From Escherichia phage vB_EcoS_SD276: a stretch of DNA of 45,453 nt. Made by a program: the position numbers and the translations under genes. The notes beneath the pieces are model-generated. The model saw only the letters and a list, made by a program, of their open reading frames with translations, had not been told where the DNA came from and did no database searches. Shown here piece after piece: positions 27,209 through 35,985 of the stretch. Position 1 is the first letter of the stretch, and every line of letters begins with the position of its first letter. The stretch lies in the sequence record OR911938.1; one strand, 5' to 3'.

Positions 27209-27659
27209 GGTCGGGATCTATCGCATACAGGGCAATCTTGTCACCTTTTTTCAGGATTCGCTGCAATCGCTGCGTCTCCGACACACCTAAAGGGCGCGCG
27301 TCCGGGTAGAAGTTGCCGTTTGTGGGGTTGCGCCACGCCATAAGCACCAGATCTTTCCGGTCGATCTTAGACTGGCGGCCCTTCGGTCGCACGTACTCCT
27401 CGGCCCGTTTGCAATGCTCGCGCAGACCTTCGGCGGTGACGCGGTTTAGTGCAACGCTGGTGGTGTATCCGGTGCGCTGCATAATCCCCATCAGTTCGAA
27501 AAGCAGTTCGAAGCGCTCCTCTAACTCTATGCGACGCTTTTCTTCCGTTTCATAGCTTAACAGGTAGGTATCCGCCAGCGCGTTCGCACGTTCGGCCTGT
27601 TCGCGGGCTTCGAGGCATTGCGCGGCCCAGTAATTTTTCTCTTCTTGTAAAATTTTCAT
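27195..27659 (-). CDS. hypothetical protein (154 aa)
   Basis: ORF downstream of promoter 27706-27734 (minus) and leader hairpin; start chosen at MKILQEE. Confidence 0.45.
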   Translation of the reverse strand: MKILQEEKNYWAAQCLEAREQAERANALADTYLLSYETEEKRRIELEERFELLFELMGIMQRTGYTTSVALNRVTAEGLREHCKRAEEYVRPKGRQSKIDRKDLVLMAWRNPTNGNFYPDARPLGVSETQRLQRILKKGDKIALYAIDPDHAEE

Positions 27660-27705
27660 CGTGTTGTCTCCAGGTATTAAAAAGGGCGTCCAACCGGACA
27701 CCCTA

Positions 27706-27734
27706 AATATAATGCAACCAATATGATTATGCAA
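27706..27734 (-). promoter_or_regulatory. sigma70-like promoter (TTGCAT-N17-TATATT)
   Basis: Hexamers on minus strand, TTGGTTGCAT repeated twice. Confidence 0.55.
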
Positions 27735-27739
27735 CCAAT

Positions 27740-28063
27740 TTACGCATAAAAGTTAGGATCGCGCGCTACGTCTACCAGATACAGGTTACTAATGCGGTTG
27801 CCGTAATGGCCTGGCGTGCGCTGACGGCACACAACGGCGAAGCCTGGGGGGATTGTATTGCCGGTCGCGATAATCCACGCCACGCGTGCGCCAGACAGCG
27901 TCTTGCCGTTGCATTCGATACGAGTACCGCCATCGGCAGTATTGAGGTTGCCAATCTTGCAGCCTGTTGACTTAAGGCGGATAACGCCGGTCTTGCTGTC
28001 GTAGGAAAAAAGCTGATTGGTCATTGCCACTGAAAAGTCGATGGCGTCGAATGCAGTATTCAT
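27740..28063 (-). CDS. HNH-like homing endonuclease-like protein (degenerate)
   Basis: 107 aa; overall pattern of small phage HNH/NUMOD4-like proteins (Gly-rich beta hairpin region, C-terminal H/N residues) but catalytic motif not clean. Confidence 0.35.
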   Translation of the reverse strand: MNTAFDAIDFSVAMTNQLFSYDSKTGVIRLKSTGCKIGNLNTADGGTRIECNGKTLSGARVAWIIATGNTIPPGFAVVCRQRTPGHYGNRISNLYLVDVARDPNFYA

Positions 28064-28755
28064 TTTAAATTTTCCTCGTTAACCGCTATCGCGAAGCCGC
28101 GCGGGGTGAGCGACCTGATTAATTTGGTGCGGGCAGATTTGCCTCCGAGGCGACTATACTGCTTCGAGTAACCTTTTTCAACGAAAACAGGTTTCTTCTC
28201 TGGCATACGGAAGCCGTTGCCGGTCCATAAGCAGGTCAACTTCGGATATGAATCGCGGGCGTTGATGTATTCAGGGAATAACGGGTGTACGTCATCCTCT
28301 GGCAAATAGCCTCCATACTCCCACGGGTCAAACGAGTGGTCCGGTTTACGCCATTGAGTGGAAAGCACACTGCGCGGATTCTCAATCATATACGGCACTT
28401 CGAAGAAATCACCCAGGTAAGCGGCGATCTTCGCGGTGCGCACCGCCTTAAGCTGGAAGGCAGGGTCTTTTGCACGCTTACGCGGGAACGCTGGCGCACC
28501 ACTAACCGCCAGATCCGTACACGGCGGGAATGCATAGATGATATCCGGCGTGCCGAAATCACCATTCATCGCGCGGTCCACGAAGTCCAGATCGATAAAC
28601 TCATTACGATATCGGATACCGCGCCCATAGATCCGGTAGTCCAGGTACGACCCGTGATCGGCTTCGGAGTAGTTGAAGCAATAACACTTATGCCCCATCT
28701 CGGCAGCACGCTCAATCATCAAGCCGCTGCCGTCAAACAATGACCAAATTATCAT
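28060..28755 (-). CDS. compact DNA cytosine-C5 methyltransferase-like protein
   Basis: Motif I SLFDGSG (FxGxG), motif IV FPPC (PC), motif VI ENP (ENV-like), QWRK after it; only 231 aa so variable/target-recognition region is very short. Confidence 0.5.
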   Translation of the reverse strand: MIIWSLFDGSGLMIERAAEMGHKCYCFNYSEADHGSYLDYRIYGRGIRYRNEFIDLDFVDRAMNGDFGTPDIIYAFPPCTDLAVSGAPAFPRKRAKDPAFQLKAVRTAKIAAYLGDFFEVPYMIENPRSVLSTQWRKPDHSFDPWEYGGYLPEDDVHPLFPEYINARDSYPKLTCLWTGNGFRMPEKKPVFVEKGYSKQYSRLGGKSARTKLIRSLTPRGFAIAVNEENLK

Positions 28756-30176
28756 TTGCGCGCCTTTTTAGCTTTCATGTATTCCATCAAGTCGTCCTGG
28801 ATATCGCGCTTACTGTCGCGACGCTCGGCGACCAGTTCATCCAGTGTGCCGCGCGCCTGGATAATGTAGACGAATACCGGACGAGGGTGTCCGGCTTGCA
28901 TCTGGCGGACAGGCCCGATACGCTCCACGATCTGCGCAAAGTGCTCATAGTTCCAGGTGTCTGAGAAGATAGCAAGGTGGTGCCCGCCATCCTGCAAGTT
29001 AAGGCCGTGACCCGCCGATGCCGGGTGTGCGAACATGATGGGGATCTCGCCCCTGTTCCACGCTTCCATATCCTTATTGCCTTGCTTACCCTTACCCATA
29101 GCGACGCCGTGTGGGAATTTCTTCTTAAGACGTGCCAGATCATGCTTGTACTGGTATGCGACGAGCAACGGTGCTCCGTTCAACTCCTCCACGATACTTT
29201 CCAGCGCGTCCAGTTTAGCGTCGTGAATTTTCACCCATTCGTCGGTGCGCTCGCCGTCTTCGTCGACTTTATATACGGCCCCGGAAGCAAGCTGAAGGCA
29301 CTTAATAGTCTTCGACGCGGCGTTAGCCGCCTCCACTGTTCCGCTTTCCAGTTCCGCAAATAGCTCCGCTTCGAACTGGTCATAAATCTTGCGGGCTTTC
29401 TTCGGCAGGTCCACAACAACCGGCGTATAGATTGGCTTGTCACATCCGAAGTATTCAGCCGCGTCAACGGTGAGCGATACGTCAGACAGGCGTTGTTGTA
29501 TTTCTTTCTCGGAGTTCTTTAGCGGGGCGTGCTGCATAGTGAAGCTGCCAGGCTTAACAGGCTTGCTAATAAACCAGCGGTCTGTGAATGCCTTATAACT
29601 ACTGCCGAGGCGTTCGCCACCGTCGACAAACCACGTCTGACCCCATAGGTCTTTCAGTCCGTTTGGTGCGGGTGTGCCGGTAAGGTTAATCCAGCGCTTG
29701 ACGCGCTTATGTGCGATCGCCGCCAGGGCGCGGGCGCGCTTACTTCCCTGCTTGCTGCGGTAGCCTTTCAGCTTAGTGGATTCATCGGCAACAACGACCG
29801 TAAAGGGCCACTCGTCGCCGCAATAGTCAACCAGCCACTCAACCACATCATAGTTAACACAAACCACGTTAGCGTCGCTCTCAAGCGCGGCGATGCGGTC
29901 CTTCTCTGACCCGGTGCCGTCTACTACCAGCAGGGCGGGGAAGCGCCATTTTTCTTGTTCCGGGGGCCATGTGCCCGATGCAACGCGCAGCGGGGCAAGC
30001 ACCAGTACGCGGTCCTCCTGGTTTGACAGGATGCCGGTCTGGAACATTTTATTCAGCGCCCACATGGTCGCGCCGGTTTTACCCGACCCCATTGTCGCCC
30101 AAATATTGCAGCGCTTATGCTTGAGGATGAACGCGGTTATCAACTTCTGATATTCGCGACGTCGGAAACGTGCCAT
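28752..30176 (-). CDS. ATP-dependent helicase (SF2, DEAD/SNF2-like)
   Basis: Walker A ATMGSGKTG, motif II VVADESTKLK, C-terminal helicase domain; start taken at MARF with SD AGGCGGA. Confidence 0.75.
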   Translation of the reverse strand: MARFRRREYQKLITAFILKHKRCNIWATMGSGKTGATMWALNKMFQTGILSNQEDRVLVLAPLRVASGTWPPEQEKWRFPALLVVDGTGSEKDRIAALESDANVVCVNYDVVEWLVDYCGDEWPFTVVVADESTKLKGYRSKQGSKRARALAAIAHKRVKRWINLTGTPAPNGLKDLWGQTWFVDGGERLGSSYKAFTDRWFISKPVKPGSFTMQHAPLKNSEKEIQQRLSDVSLTVDAAEYFGCDKPIYTPVVVDLPKKARKIYDQFEAELFAELESGTVEAANAASKTIKCLQLASGAVYKVDEDGERTDEWVKIHDAKLDALESIVEELNGAPLLVAYQYKHDLARLKKKFPHGVAMGKGKQGNKDMEAWNRGEIPIMFAHPASAGHGLNLQDGGHHLAIFSDTWNYEHFAQIVERIGPVRQMQAGHPRPVFVYIIQARGTLDELVAERRDSKRDIQDDLMEYMKAKKARK

Positions 30177-30180
30177 ATCT

Positions 30181-30405
30181 TTATTCCGCCTTTTTCCAGA
30201 CTTCGGTTTCACTGTTCCAGTTCCTTTTTGTGGCGTCGTAGTTGGTGCGGTGCCCGATGTGCACACCCGTCGCCCGGAAGCGCTTAAATTTTTGCCAGCA
30301 TACCGTCAACGGCAGCGGGTCATTTATGCCCGCAATAAACCATACGCGATCGCCTGGTTTGCATTCGCCCAGCTTGGTGAGTCGGTAATGTTCTTTCATC
30401 GTCAT
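30181..30405 (-). CDS. hypothetical protein (74 aa)
   Basis: ORF between helicase and zinc-ribbon genes. Confidence 0.35.
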   Translation of the reverse strand: MTMKEHYRLTKLGECKPGDRVWFIAGINDPLPLTVCWQKFKRFRATGVHIGHRTNYDATKRNWNSETEVWKKAE

Positions 30406-30441
30406 GCCCCCAAAAATGGCGGGGCAAGCCCGCCGTATTAA

Positions 30442-30615
30442 TTATTTTTGCTCTGCGCGGTAGCGGCGCTGCCGTTCGCGCTCTTTTTTATTGCGGCACG
30501 ATTTGCACTCTGCCCGATACCCGTCCGGGCTTCGCGCAGTCTTACCGGTGTATTTATGGAACTGGGATAGCGGTTTAACGCAGCCGCAATTACTGCAACG
30601 TTTTTCTTCAATCAT
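30442..30615 (-). CDS. small zinc-ribbon protein
   Basis: CSNCGC...CKSC four-Cys pattern, basic C-terminus; downstream of promoter 30647-30675 (minus). Confidence 0.4.
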   Translation of the reverse strand: MIEEKRCSNCGCVKPLSQFHKYTGKTARSPDGYRAECKSCRNKKERERQRRYRAEQK

Positions 30616-30646
30616 CTCTAAAACCCTCGATATGGCTAACCGGCAC

Positions 30647-30675
30647 ACTATACCGCTATGCGACCAATTCAGCAA
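30647..30675 (-). promoter_or_regulatory. sigma70-like promoter (TTGCTG-N17-TATAGT)
   Basis: Hexamers on minus strand upstream of zinc-ribbon gene. Confidence 0.45.
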
Positions 30676-30934
30676 CCAATAAATCACAGTCGGCAATGTT
30701 GTCTATAACGCGAACGTCAGCGCCGCGGCGGGCCATCCGCTCGTGTTCTCGTACCTGGTGCGGCTTAGGTTTGCCGCCTGGGCGCTTCACTTCGACGAAC
30801 ACTATTTTGCCGTTGATGATGATAATCAGATCGGGCGCACCCGAGCGCCCCTCCCATGCCACTTTGCGGCAGAATCCGCCGACGGCTTTCACCCGTCCCA
30901 TCAAGTGACTTTGAATCTTGCCTTCTGGTGTCAT
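30656..30934 (-). CDS. VRR-NUC domain nuclease
   Basis: Motif PDLIIIINGKIVFVEVKRPGGKPKPHQ (D...E-V-K...Q) typical of VRR-NUC; overlaps polymerase stop. Confidence 0.55.
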   Translation of the reverse strand: MTPEGKIQSHLMGRVKAVGGFCRKVAWEGRSGAPDLIIIINGKIVFVEVKRPGGKPKPHQVREHERMARRGADVRVIDNIADCDLLVAELVA

Positions 30935-33225
30935 TATTTCCTGTACCTGTACATAATGTCGCCTTCCGCTGCAAGCGGGAAGCCTTTCGCCCAAACCGGC
31001 AGGTCGCACATCAGCGCGCACAACTCCTCGGTTGTGTAGTCGTCGGTATCCGGCACTTCGGTTATCAGTTCATCGTGTACGGACAGTACGATCTCATACC
31101 CCGCAGCTTCAACGCCCGGCATGGACCATGCGAGGATATCGCGGCACAGCGCCTGCACGATGTTTTCCGTCAGTTTACCGCCGTAGGTGTACTGGAATCC
31201 CCACTGGCGCGTCGTCTGATTCTCACCCTGATATTTAATGCGGGTGCTGGTGCGCTTCTTGCCGGTGTCTTCGTCGATCTCGGTCGTGACAGACAGCGCG
31301 ATGCCGGGGTAGCTCATGATGCGCCCCGACGGTAACTCAATTTTCAACCACCACCCCGCGGCGTTCGGGTCGTCGCGCTCCTCGTCGAAGGTTGGGTCGT
31401 GCTTCGCCTTCGTGCGGACTATCTTGAGCGCTTTCCTACCATCCGGGCGAACGTTCGCGCCAGCCCAGTACGCTTTGCCAGGATTGCGGATCGCGCAGAG
31501 CACCGCGTCTTCCAGTTCAGCCCAAAATGCTACCGTCTTCGGGTGCGACTCACGCCACATACGTTTGATCGCATCACACGTCAGCCATACGTTTTTCGGC
31601 AGTATATAAGTTGGGCGCTCGTCTTTCTTGCCAGGCTTCGGCGGGCGCTTAGCTTCGTTAATGCGGGCGTATTCATATCCACGTTTCGCCGCTGCCCAAA
31701 TGTGATCGGGGAATGTGCCCTTCATGACGTCCGCCATCGCGTAAAGGTCGAGGCCCAGGTTTTTAGCGAACTGCAAGAACGCGGCAACGCCACCTCCATA
31801 GCCCAACCCCAATTCGCACGCCTTACCAATCTGGCGCAAGTCTTTGCGGTTGGCTTTAATGTATTCCGGGTCGAGGCCGAACATTTTACCGGCAGTCTCA
31901 CAATAAATATCGCGACCGGCCCTAAATACCATTAGCGCGGTTTTCTCGCCAGCGATCCAGGCGAGGCCACGCCCTTCCACGTTGGAGTAGTCCGCTACGA
32001 CAAACTTCTTGCCCTTCGCCGGAATAATGCACCCGCGAACGGTAGAGGCCGTTAGCTTCGATATGTCATATGCCCAGTGCGCTGTCCCGCGTAACAGGGA
32101 GTTGATGCCGTTGGTGAGCATGTGCGACCGCACCCAAAAGGATATATCGCTCTCGCCTTCACGGCGTTTAATCTTCCCTTCGTGGTCGTCGCTATACTCG
32201 CCGCGTGCCAGGTTTTGAGGCTGGAATCCTTTACCGGCCCAACGCAGTGTGCGCTTTGCCCCGCCATACTGGAGACACCCACGGCGGCGACCATCTGCGG
32301 ATAGGCCATTAACGAGCGGATTGTACTTAGTCGACGCCGTGGATGACGCACCGAGGCGCATCTCAATAAGAACTTTGCCTTCGTCGGGGAAGTCTGGATC
32401 TTCCAGCAGGTCGTTAAGCGTGGATTTCTGCGCGTTGTGGATTGTGAACGCAGGAGCGAGGTCGCGCAGCGCTGGCAGGAAGTCATTGCCTGTCAGCTTA
32501 CCGCCGAAGCGCTCCCAGGCTTCTTCCTTCAACTCTTCTTTATGCGCCTGTACCGCCTTGATCGCAGCGCGCGCCAGGTCAACGTCCACATAGAAGCCGC
32601 GGTCATTGATCAACTGGTCAATAAGCAGGATTTCGTCTTCCTTCGGCGTATTACCCCAGTCCGGTATGCGCCAATAGACTTCCCTCATCGCGATGATATC
32701 CAGCGCGGCATAGCGCAGGAATTTAGCCCATTCTTCAGGGTGAGTCTCGCGGGTGTAGCGGCGGATTTTGTAGGTCTTAGGGGTAGGCTTACAGAATCGT
32801 TTGATCAGCGCCTTGCCCGCCTTATCCTTCGCGTGATCTGCGTCAACTCCCAGCACCTGGCACTGCATATCGAGGCTACCAGGCAGCGCGTGCCGAAAGG
32901 CCATAATCATGGTATCTTCGATCTGACCTACCGGCAGGTCAATACCCCACTTCTCGCGAATAACCAGGCGGTCAAACAGGAGGCCGTTAGCCATCACGAT
33001 TTTTGCTTTCTTGCGCGATACCCGGCGGAGCGCCTTGCGCAGTTCACGCGGCATTGTGGGGGACTCGGTGCAATCCCATGTCTGCACGCGGCCCTCGTCG
33101 ATGGCGTATGTGCAAATCATAATCTCGGTAGTTGGGTGTTCCGCGTAGGCGTATGCGCCCACTTTCTTCAGATCCACCCCGCTAAATGTCTCGGTATCGA
33201 GAAACAGGCGTTCGAAGTCTTTCAT
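30934..33225 (-). CDS. DNA polymerase I-type (family A) with N-terminal 3'-5' exonuclease
   Basis: 763 aa; Exo I motif FLDTETF, polymerase motifs (R...GK...LG.GYGG motif A/B region, YGG, VHDE motif C). Confidence 0.9.
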   Translation of the reverse strand: MKDFERLFLDTETFSGVDLKKVGAYAYAEHPTTEIMICTYAIDEGRVQTWDCTESPTMPRELRKALRRVSRKKAKIVMANGLLFDRLVIREKWGIDLPVGQIEDTMIMAFRHALPGSLDMQCQVLGVDADHAKDKAGKALIKRFCKPTPKTYKIRRYTRETHPEEWAKFLRYAALDIIAMREVYWRIPDWGNTPKEDEILLIDQLINDRGFYVDVDLARAAIKAVQAHKEELKEEAWERFGGKLTGNDFLPALRDLAPAFTIHNAQKSTLNDLLEDPDFPDEGKVLIEMRLGASSTASTKYNPLVNGLSADGRRRGCLQYGGAKRTLRWAGKGFQPQNLARGEYSDDHEGKIKRREGESDISFWVRSHMLTNGINSLLRGTAHWAYDISKLTASTVRGCIIPAKGKKFVVADYSNVEGRGLAWIAGEKTALMVFRAGRDIYCETAGKMFGLDPEYIKANRKDLRQIGKACELGLGYGGGVAAFLQFAKNLGLDLYAMADVMKGTFPDHIWAAAKRGYEYARINEAKRPPKPGKKDERPTYILPKNVWLTCDAIKRMWRESHPKTVAFWAELEDAVLCAIRNPGKAYWAGANVRPDGRKALKIVRTKAKHDPTFDEERDDPNAAGWWLKIELPSGRIMSYPGIALSVTTEIDEDTGKKRTSTRIKYQGENQTTRQWGFQYTYGGKLTENIVQALCRDILAWSMPGVEAAGYEIVLSVHDELITEVPDTDDYTTEELCALMCDLPVWAKGFPLAAEGDIMYRYRK

Positions 33226-33398
33226 TGCTTAATCCTCACTACGGCGTCGGCGCTGCCGATCATGGAGAAGATACCATCGGAAAGGGTAATCTCCTCGCCG
33301 TTGTTGCGAATCTCGGCAACTGTGAAATATTCGCCCAGCATTTTGGACCATACTTGCATTCCGACTTTTACTTCGCTGGCTTTAATACGCATTTTCAT
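33222..33398 (-). CDS. small hypothetical protein (58 aa)
   Basis: RBS AGGACA before ATG, stop overlaps polymerase start (ATGA); below 60 aa so absent from track. Confidence 0.35.
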   Translation of the reverse strand: MKMRIKASEVKVGMQVWSKMLGEYFTVAEIRNNGEEITLSDGIFSMIGSADAVVRIKQ

Positions 33399-33403
33399 TG
33401 TCC

Positions 33404-33431
33404 TATTAAAAAGCCCGCATTAAGCGGGCTT
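33404..33431 (-). terminator. terminator-like hairpin (minus strand) after SSB-like gene
   Basis: AAGCCCGC-TTAAT-GCGGGCTT followed by TTTAAT on minus strand. Confidence 0.45.
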
Positions 33432-33449
33432 GAATAGTGGGCTTTGCCC

Positions 33450-34229
33450 TTAACGGCGGCGACGTTTACGTGGTGCTTCGTCTTCGTCGTCTTCGTCCTC
33501 ATCTTCATCGTCGCGCGGCTTACGACGTTTACGAGGTTTCTCATCTTCGTCGTCTTCGTCGTCATCGCGGCGCTTGGACTTTTTGGACTTGCGCGGCTTG
33601 TCGTCTTCGTCATCACGACGTTTTGACTTTTTGGACTTGCGCGGGCTTTCATCTTCGTCATCGTTGTCCAGGTCTTCGTCGGAGCAAGAAGACCCGCCAC
33701 CGCCGAAGGCTTCGCCGTCATCACGGAAGCGCAGACCTAAAAGACCAGCACCGAGTCCCTTGCCGTTGGTATTGTTCCACGCCCAAATATCCAGGGACAC
33801 GTTGCAATAACAACCGGAGTAGATCTCCTGGCCTTCGATCTCGTCGCCTTCTACGGTCAGACCTTGTTCAGTCTGCTTCTCGCCGAGTGACGTTTGAATG
33901 ATCGGCTGTTTGAACGATTTGGCGTTGATGTACAACATGCCTTCGAATTCTTCGGTTACTTCGTCGCGCTCGTCACCGTCGCGAACTGCGCATTCCTTAG
34001 AATCCTGTGCGTAGTGGCGGTCCATCCACTTATCGGCGTTCTTCTCGGATTTCAGCTTGTCGGTGAGCACTGCGCGCGCTGCCGCTTCCACTTTGTCCAC
34101 CTGCGGATCTTCTTTATCCAGAAGAATCACGGCACGGTATGCCGGTTTTTGTCCATCCTGTTTAGGGGTATCACGTTCCCAAATTTTCAGGAAACATACG
34201 CGCACATTTTTCAGGTTGACTTTAGCCAT
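33450..34229 (-). CDS. ssDNA-binding-like protein (gp2.5/DUF2815-like) with repetitive charged C-terminal tail
   Basis: N-terminus MAKVNLKNVRV and segment YSGCYCNVSLDIWAWNNTNGKGLGAGLLGLRF resemble phage SSB-like proteins; C-terminal PRKSKKSKRRDDEDD repeats. Confidence 0.5.
   Translation of the reverse strand: MAKVNLKNVRVCFLKIWERDTPKQDGQKPAYRAVILLDKEDPQVDKVEAAARAVLTDKLKSEKNADKWMDRHYAQDSKECAVRDGDERDEVTEEFEGMLYINAKSFKQPIIQTSLGEKQTEQGLTVEGDEIEGQEIYSGCYCNVSLDIWAWNNTNGKGLGAGLLGLRFRDDGEAFGGGGSSCSDEDLDNDDEDESPRKSKKSKRRDDEDDKPRKSKKSKRRDDDEDDEDEKPRKRRKPRDDEDEDEDDEDEAPRKRRRR
33555..33655. repeat. ~48-bp tandem repeat (2 units) inside SSB-like gene
   Basis: Near-identical DNA units encoding (S/K)PRKSKKSKRRDDEDD. 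Confidence 0.6.
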
Positions 34230-34294
34230 TTTCCAATTCCTCATTTTCACATGTATCGGGGTTATTGTGAGCCACCCCGTTCGGCTTGGTTGCT

Positions 34295-34323
34295 AATCTA
34301 CTTGGTTGCGCCTAAGCGGTCAA
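34295..34323 (-). promoter_or_regulatory. sigma70-like promoter (TTGACC-N17-TAGATT)
   Basis: Hexamers on minus strand upstream of SSB-like gene, GCAACCAAG boxes. Confidence 0.5.
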
Positions 34324-34562
34324 GCACTTTCATTAAAAAGATTTCTGGTCACGTAGTTGGTAGCGTTCTCGATCCAGCTTAACGGCGGTCGGTCGATGTT
34401 CTTCTCCACCCAGTCGACGGCAGCGTCACTATATCCGTCATCCAGCCAGCGGGTCGGATGGCGAATCATCCACGCCACCATTAACACGCCTTGCACGCAA
34501 TGCAGGATAAAGCCCAGCGCGCCGAGCAAAAACATCAATAAGATCGCAAATACTTTATTCAT
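34320..34562 (-). CDS. small membrane protein
   Basis: N-terminal hydrophobic helices (FAILLMFLLGALGFIL, VLMVAWMI). Confidence 0.4.
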   Translation of the reverse strand: MNKVFAILLMFLLGALGFILHCVQGVLMVAWMIRHPTRWLDDGYSDAAVDWVEKNIDRPPLSWIENATNYVTRNLFNESA

Positions 34563-35985
34563 TGCTTAAGTCCTCGTCAGTGGCCTCCGACCACGCAGGG
34601 CGCGGGTCGTCGATTGGTGCTAACACCGGTTTAGCCGGTGCGCGCGTGATTTTATCACATAATTTCGCCCACACTTTCGGCTTCTCGTCCTTCAATACCT
34701 TCTCGGCATCCGTAGGACTGAGCAATGTTTCTTTGTACATCACATCGCGCTTGATCCGGGCCTTCGTGAAGATTTCAATCACTTCGCTCTCGTCCGCCCA
34801 CTTACGGATCCCTTCCTTACCGGCAACCATCTTGAGGCCTAGCGATTCGCCATCGCCCGCCATGACCGCCTTGAATACCGCGTACTCGATAGCCTTGATG
34901 TGCTGGCGCATCGCATCAAGGCCTTCATAAGCCTTGCGCAGTTCCGCCGCGCTCATAGCGCCGGGGGCCGCTTCTTTCTTGCCACGCTTCGCACGTCGTG
35001 CCGCCTTGCGGGCTTCGCGGGCCATATTGCGGTCGTGATTGGCGCATTCTTCCTCGGTCGCCACGCTCACGTCGTCGCCCAGGTCTTCGTCGGTTGCCGT
35101 TGGTGGTGTCATCGTGTCAATTGCGGCCTTAGCGCGGGCACTACACTGATCCGCAAATCGGCACCACTGGCACGCATCAACGCTGGGCCGGAAGTCAGCG
35201 CGGGTTAATCCCTTCTTGCCGCGGGCGTATGCCTCGAGCGCGGCGATAGCACGCTTGGACGCAAACTTCGCGAATATCTCCAGGGCTTCTACCGAAATAT
35301 CCCACTCTGACGCCCCGCCGCAATACGGCTGGAAGATGACCAGGCGCACGGTCGTAATGTCGTACATGGTTTGCAGCTTGCGCAGCAGGCCCAGTGCGTA
35401 CAACATAAGCTGTTTGTTTTCTTTCGCCTCGACCTTATGTCGCCCGGTCTTCAGGTCGCCGACGATCAGCATGTACGTGCCGTCGGTCTTCTTCATGACC
35501 ATGACCATATCGGCAGTACCGAACGTTTTAATCCTGTTGCCGTCGATCTCGAAGCCTGAGTGAAGGACGCGGGTCAGATCGGTGCGCATCTCAAGCTGGA
35601 CAAACTCCGCCACCTCAAGGAGCGGTCGCCAGTGGTCGATGTATGCATCGCACTGTTTCACCATATCGTCGTTGACCAGTACGCCGCCTTTCGGTGCTTT
35701 TGGGTGGGCCTTTACCGGTCCCTTGCCTTCGTTCTCGACGTAGCACCCTTTATACGTCTTAGCGGTTATTTTCTTCTCACCGGCGATAATGCGGTTTAGC
35801 ACCACCTCCGATACGGTGTGCATACTCGTACCGTTAATCGCCGCCTGACCGGATTCGTTCGGGATATCTTTTTCGACCACCAGGGCGGCGGGACACCCCA
35901 TCCATTTTTTGGCACCGGATGGGCCAAGTAATGAGTGTTCCGTATTACTACCGGATTGCGTTTTACGTTTTGGTTTAATCGCCAT
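34555..35985 (-). CDS. Cas4/RecB-like PD-(D/E)xK exonuclease with Fe-S-type Cys cluster
   Basis: N-terminal SLLGPSGAKKWMGCP plus C-x2-C-x5-C (CQWCRFADQC) arrangement characteristic of Cas4/AddB-type nucleases. Confidence 0.65.
   Translation of the reverse strand: MAIKPKRKTQSGSNTEHSLLGPSGAKKWMGCPAALVVEKDIPNESGQAAINGTSMHTVSEVVLNRIIAGEKKITAKTYKGCYVENEGKGPVKAHPKAPKGGVLVNDDMVKQCDAYIDHWRPLLEVAEFVQLEMRTDLTRVLHSGFEIDGNRIKTFGTADMVMVMKKTDGTYMLIVGDLKTGRHKVEAKENKQLMLYALGLLRKLQTMYDITTVRLVIFQPYCGGASEWDISVEALEIFAKFASKRAIAALEAYARGKKGLTRADFRPSVDACQWCRFADQCSARAKAAIDTMTPPTATDEDLGDDVSVATEEECANHDRNMAREARKAARRAKRGKKEAAPGAMSAAELRKAYEGLDAMRQHIKAIEYAVFKAVMAGDGESLGLKMVAGKEGIRKWADESEVIEIFTKARIKRDVMYKETLLSPTDAEKVLKDEKPKVWAKLCDKITRAPAKPVLAPIDDPRPAWSEATDEDLSNE

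Noticed and set aside
31399-33423. Plus-strand ORFs of 178 and 328 aa overlapping the DNA polymerase gene
   Set aside because: Antisense to the polymerase ORF, which has clear catalytic motifs; no independent signals
33395-33901. ORFs 33395-33724 (minus) and 33437-33901 (plus) overlapping the SSB-like gene tail
   Set aside because: Alternative frames of the repetitive charged-tail DNA; translations are pure low-complexity (Thr/Lys or Arg/Leu runs)
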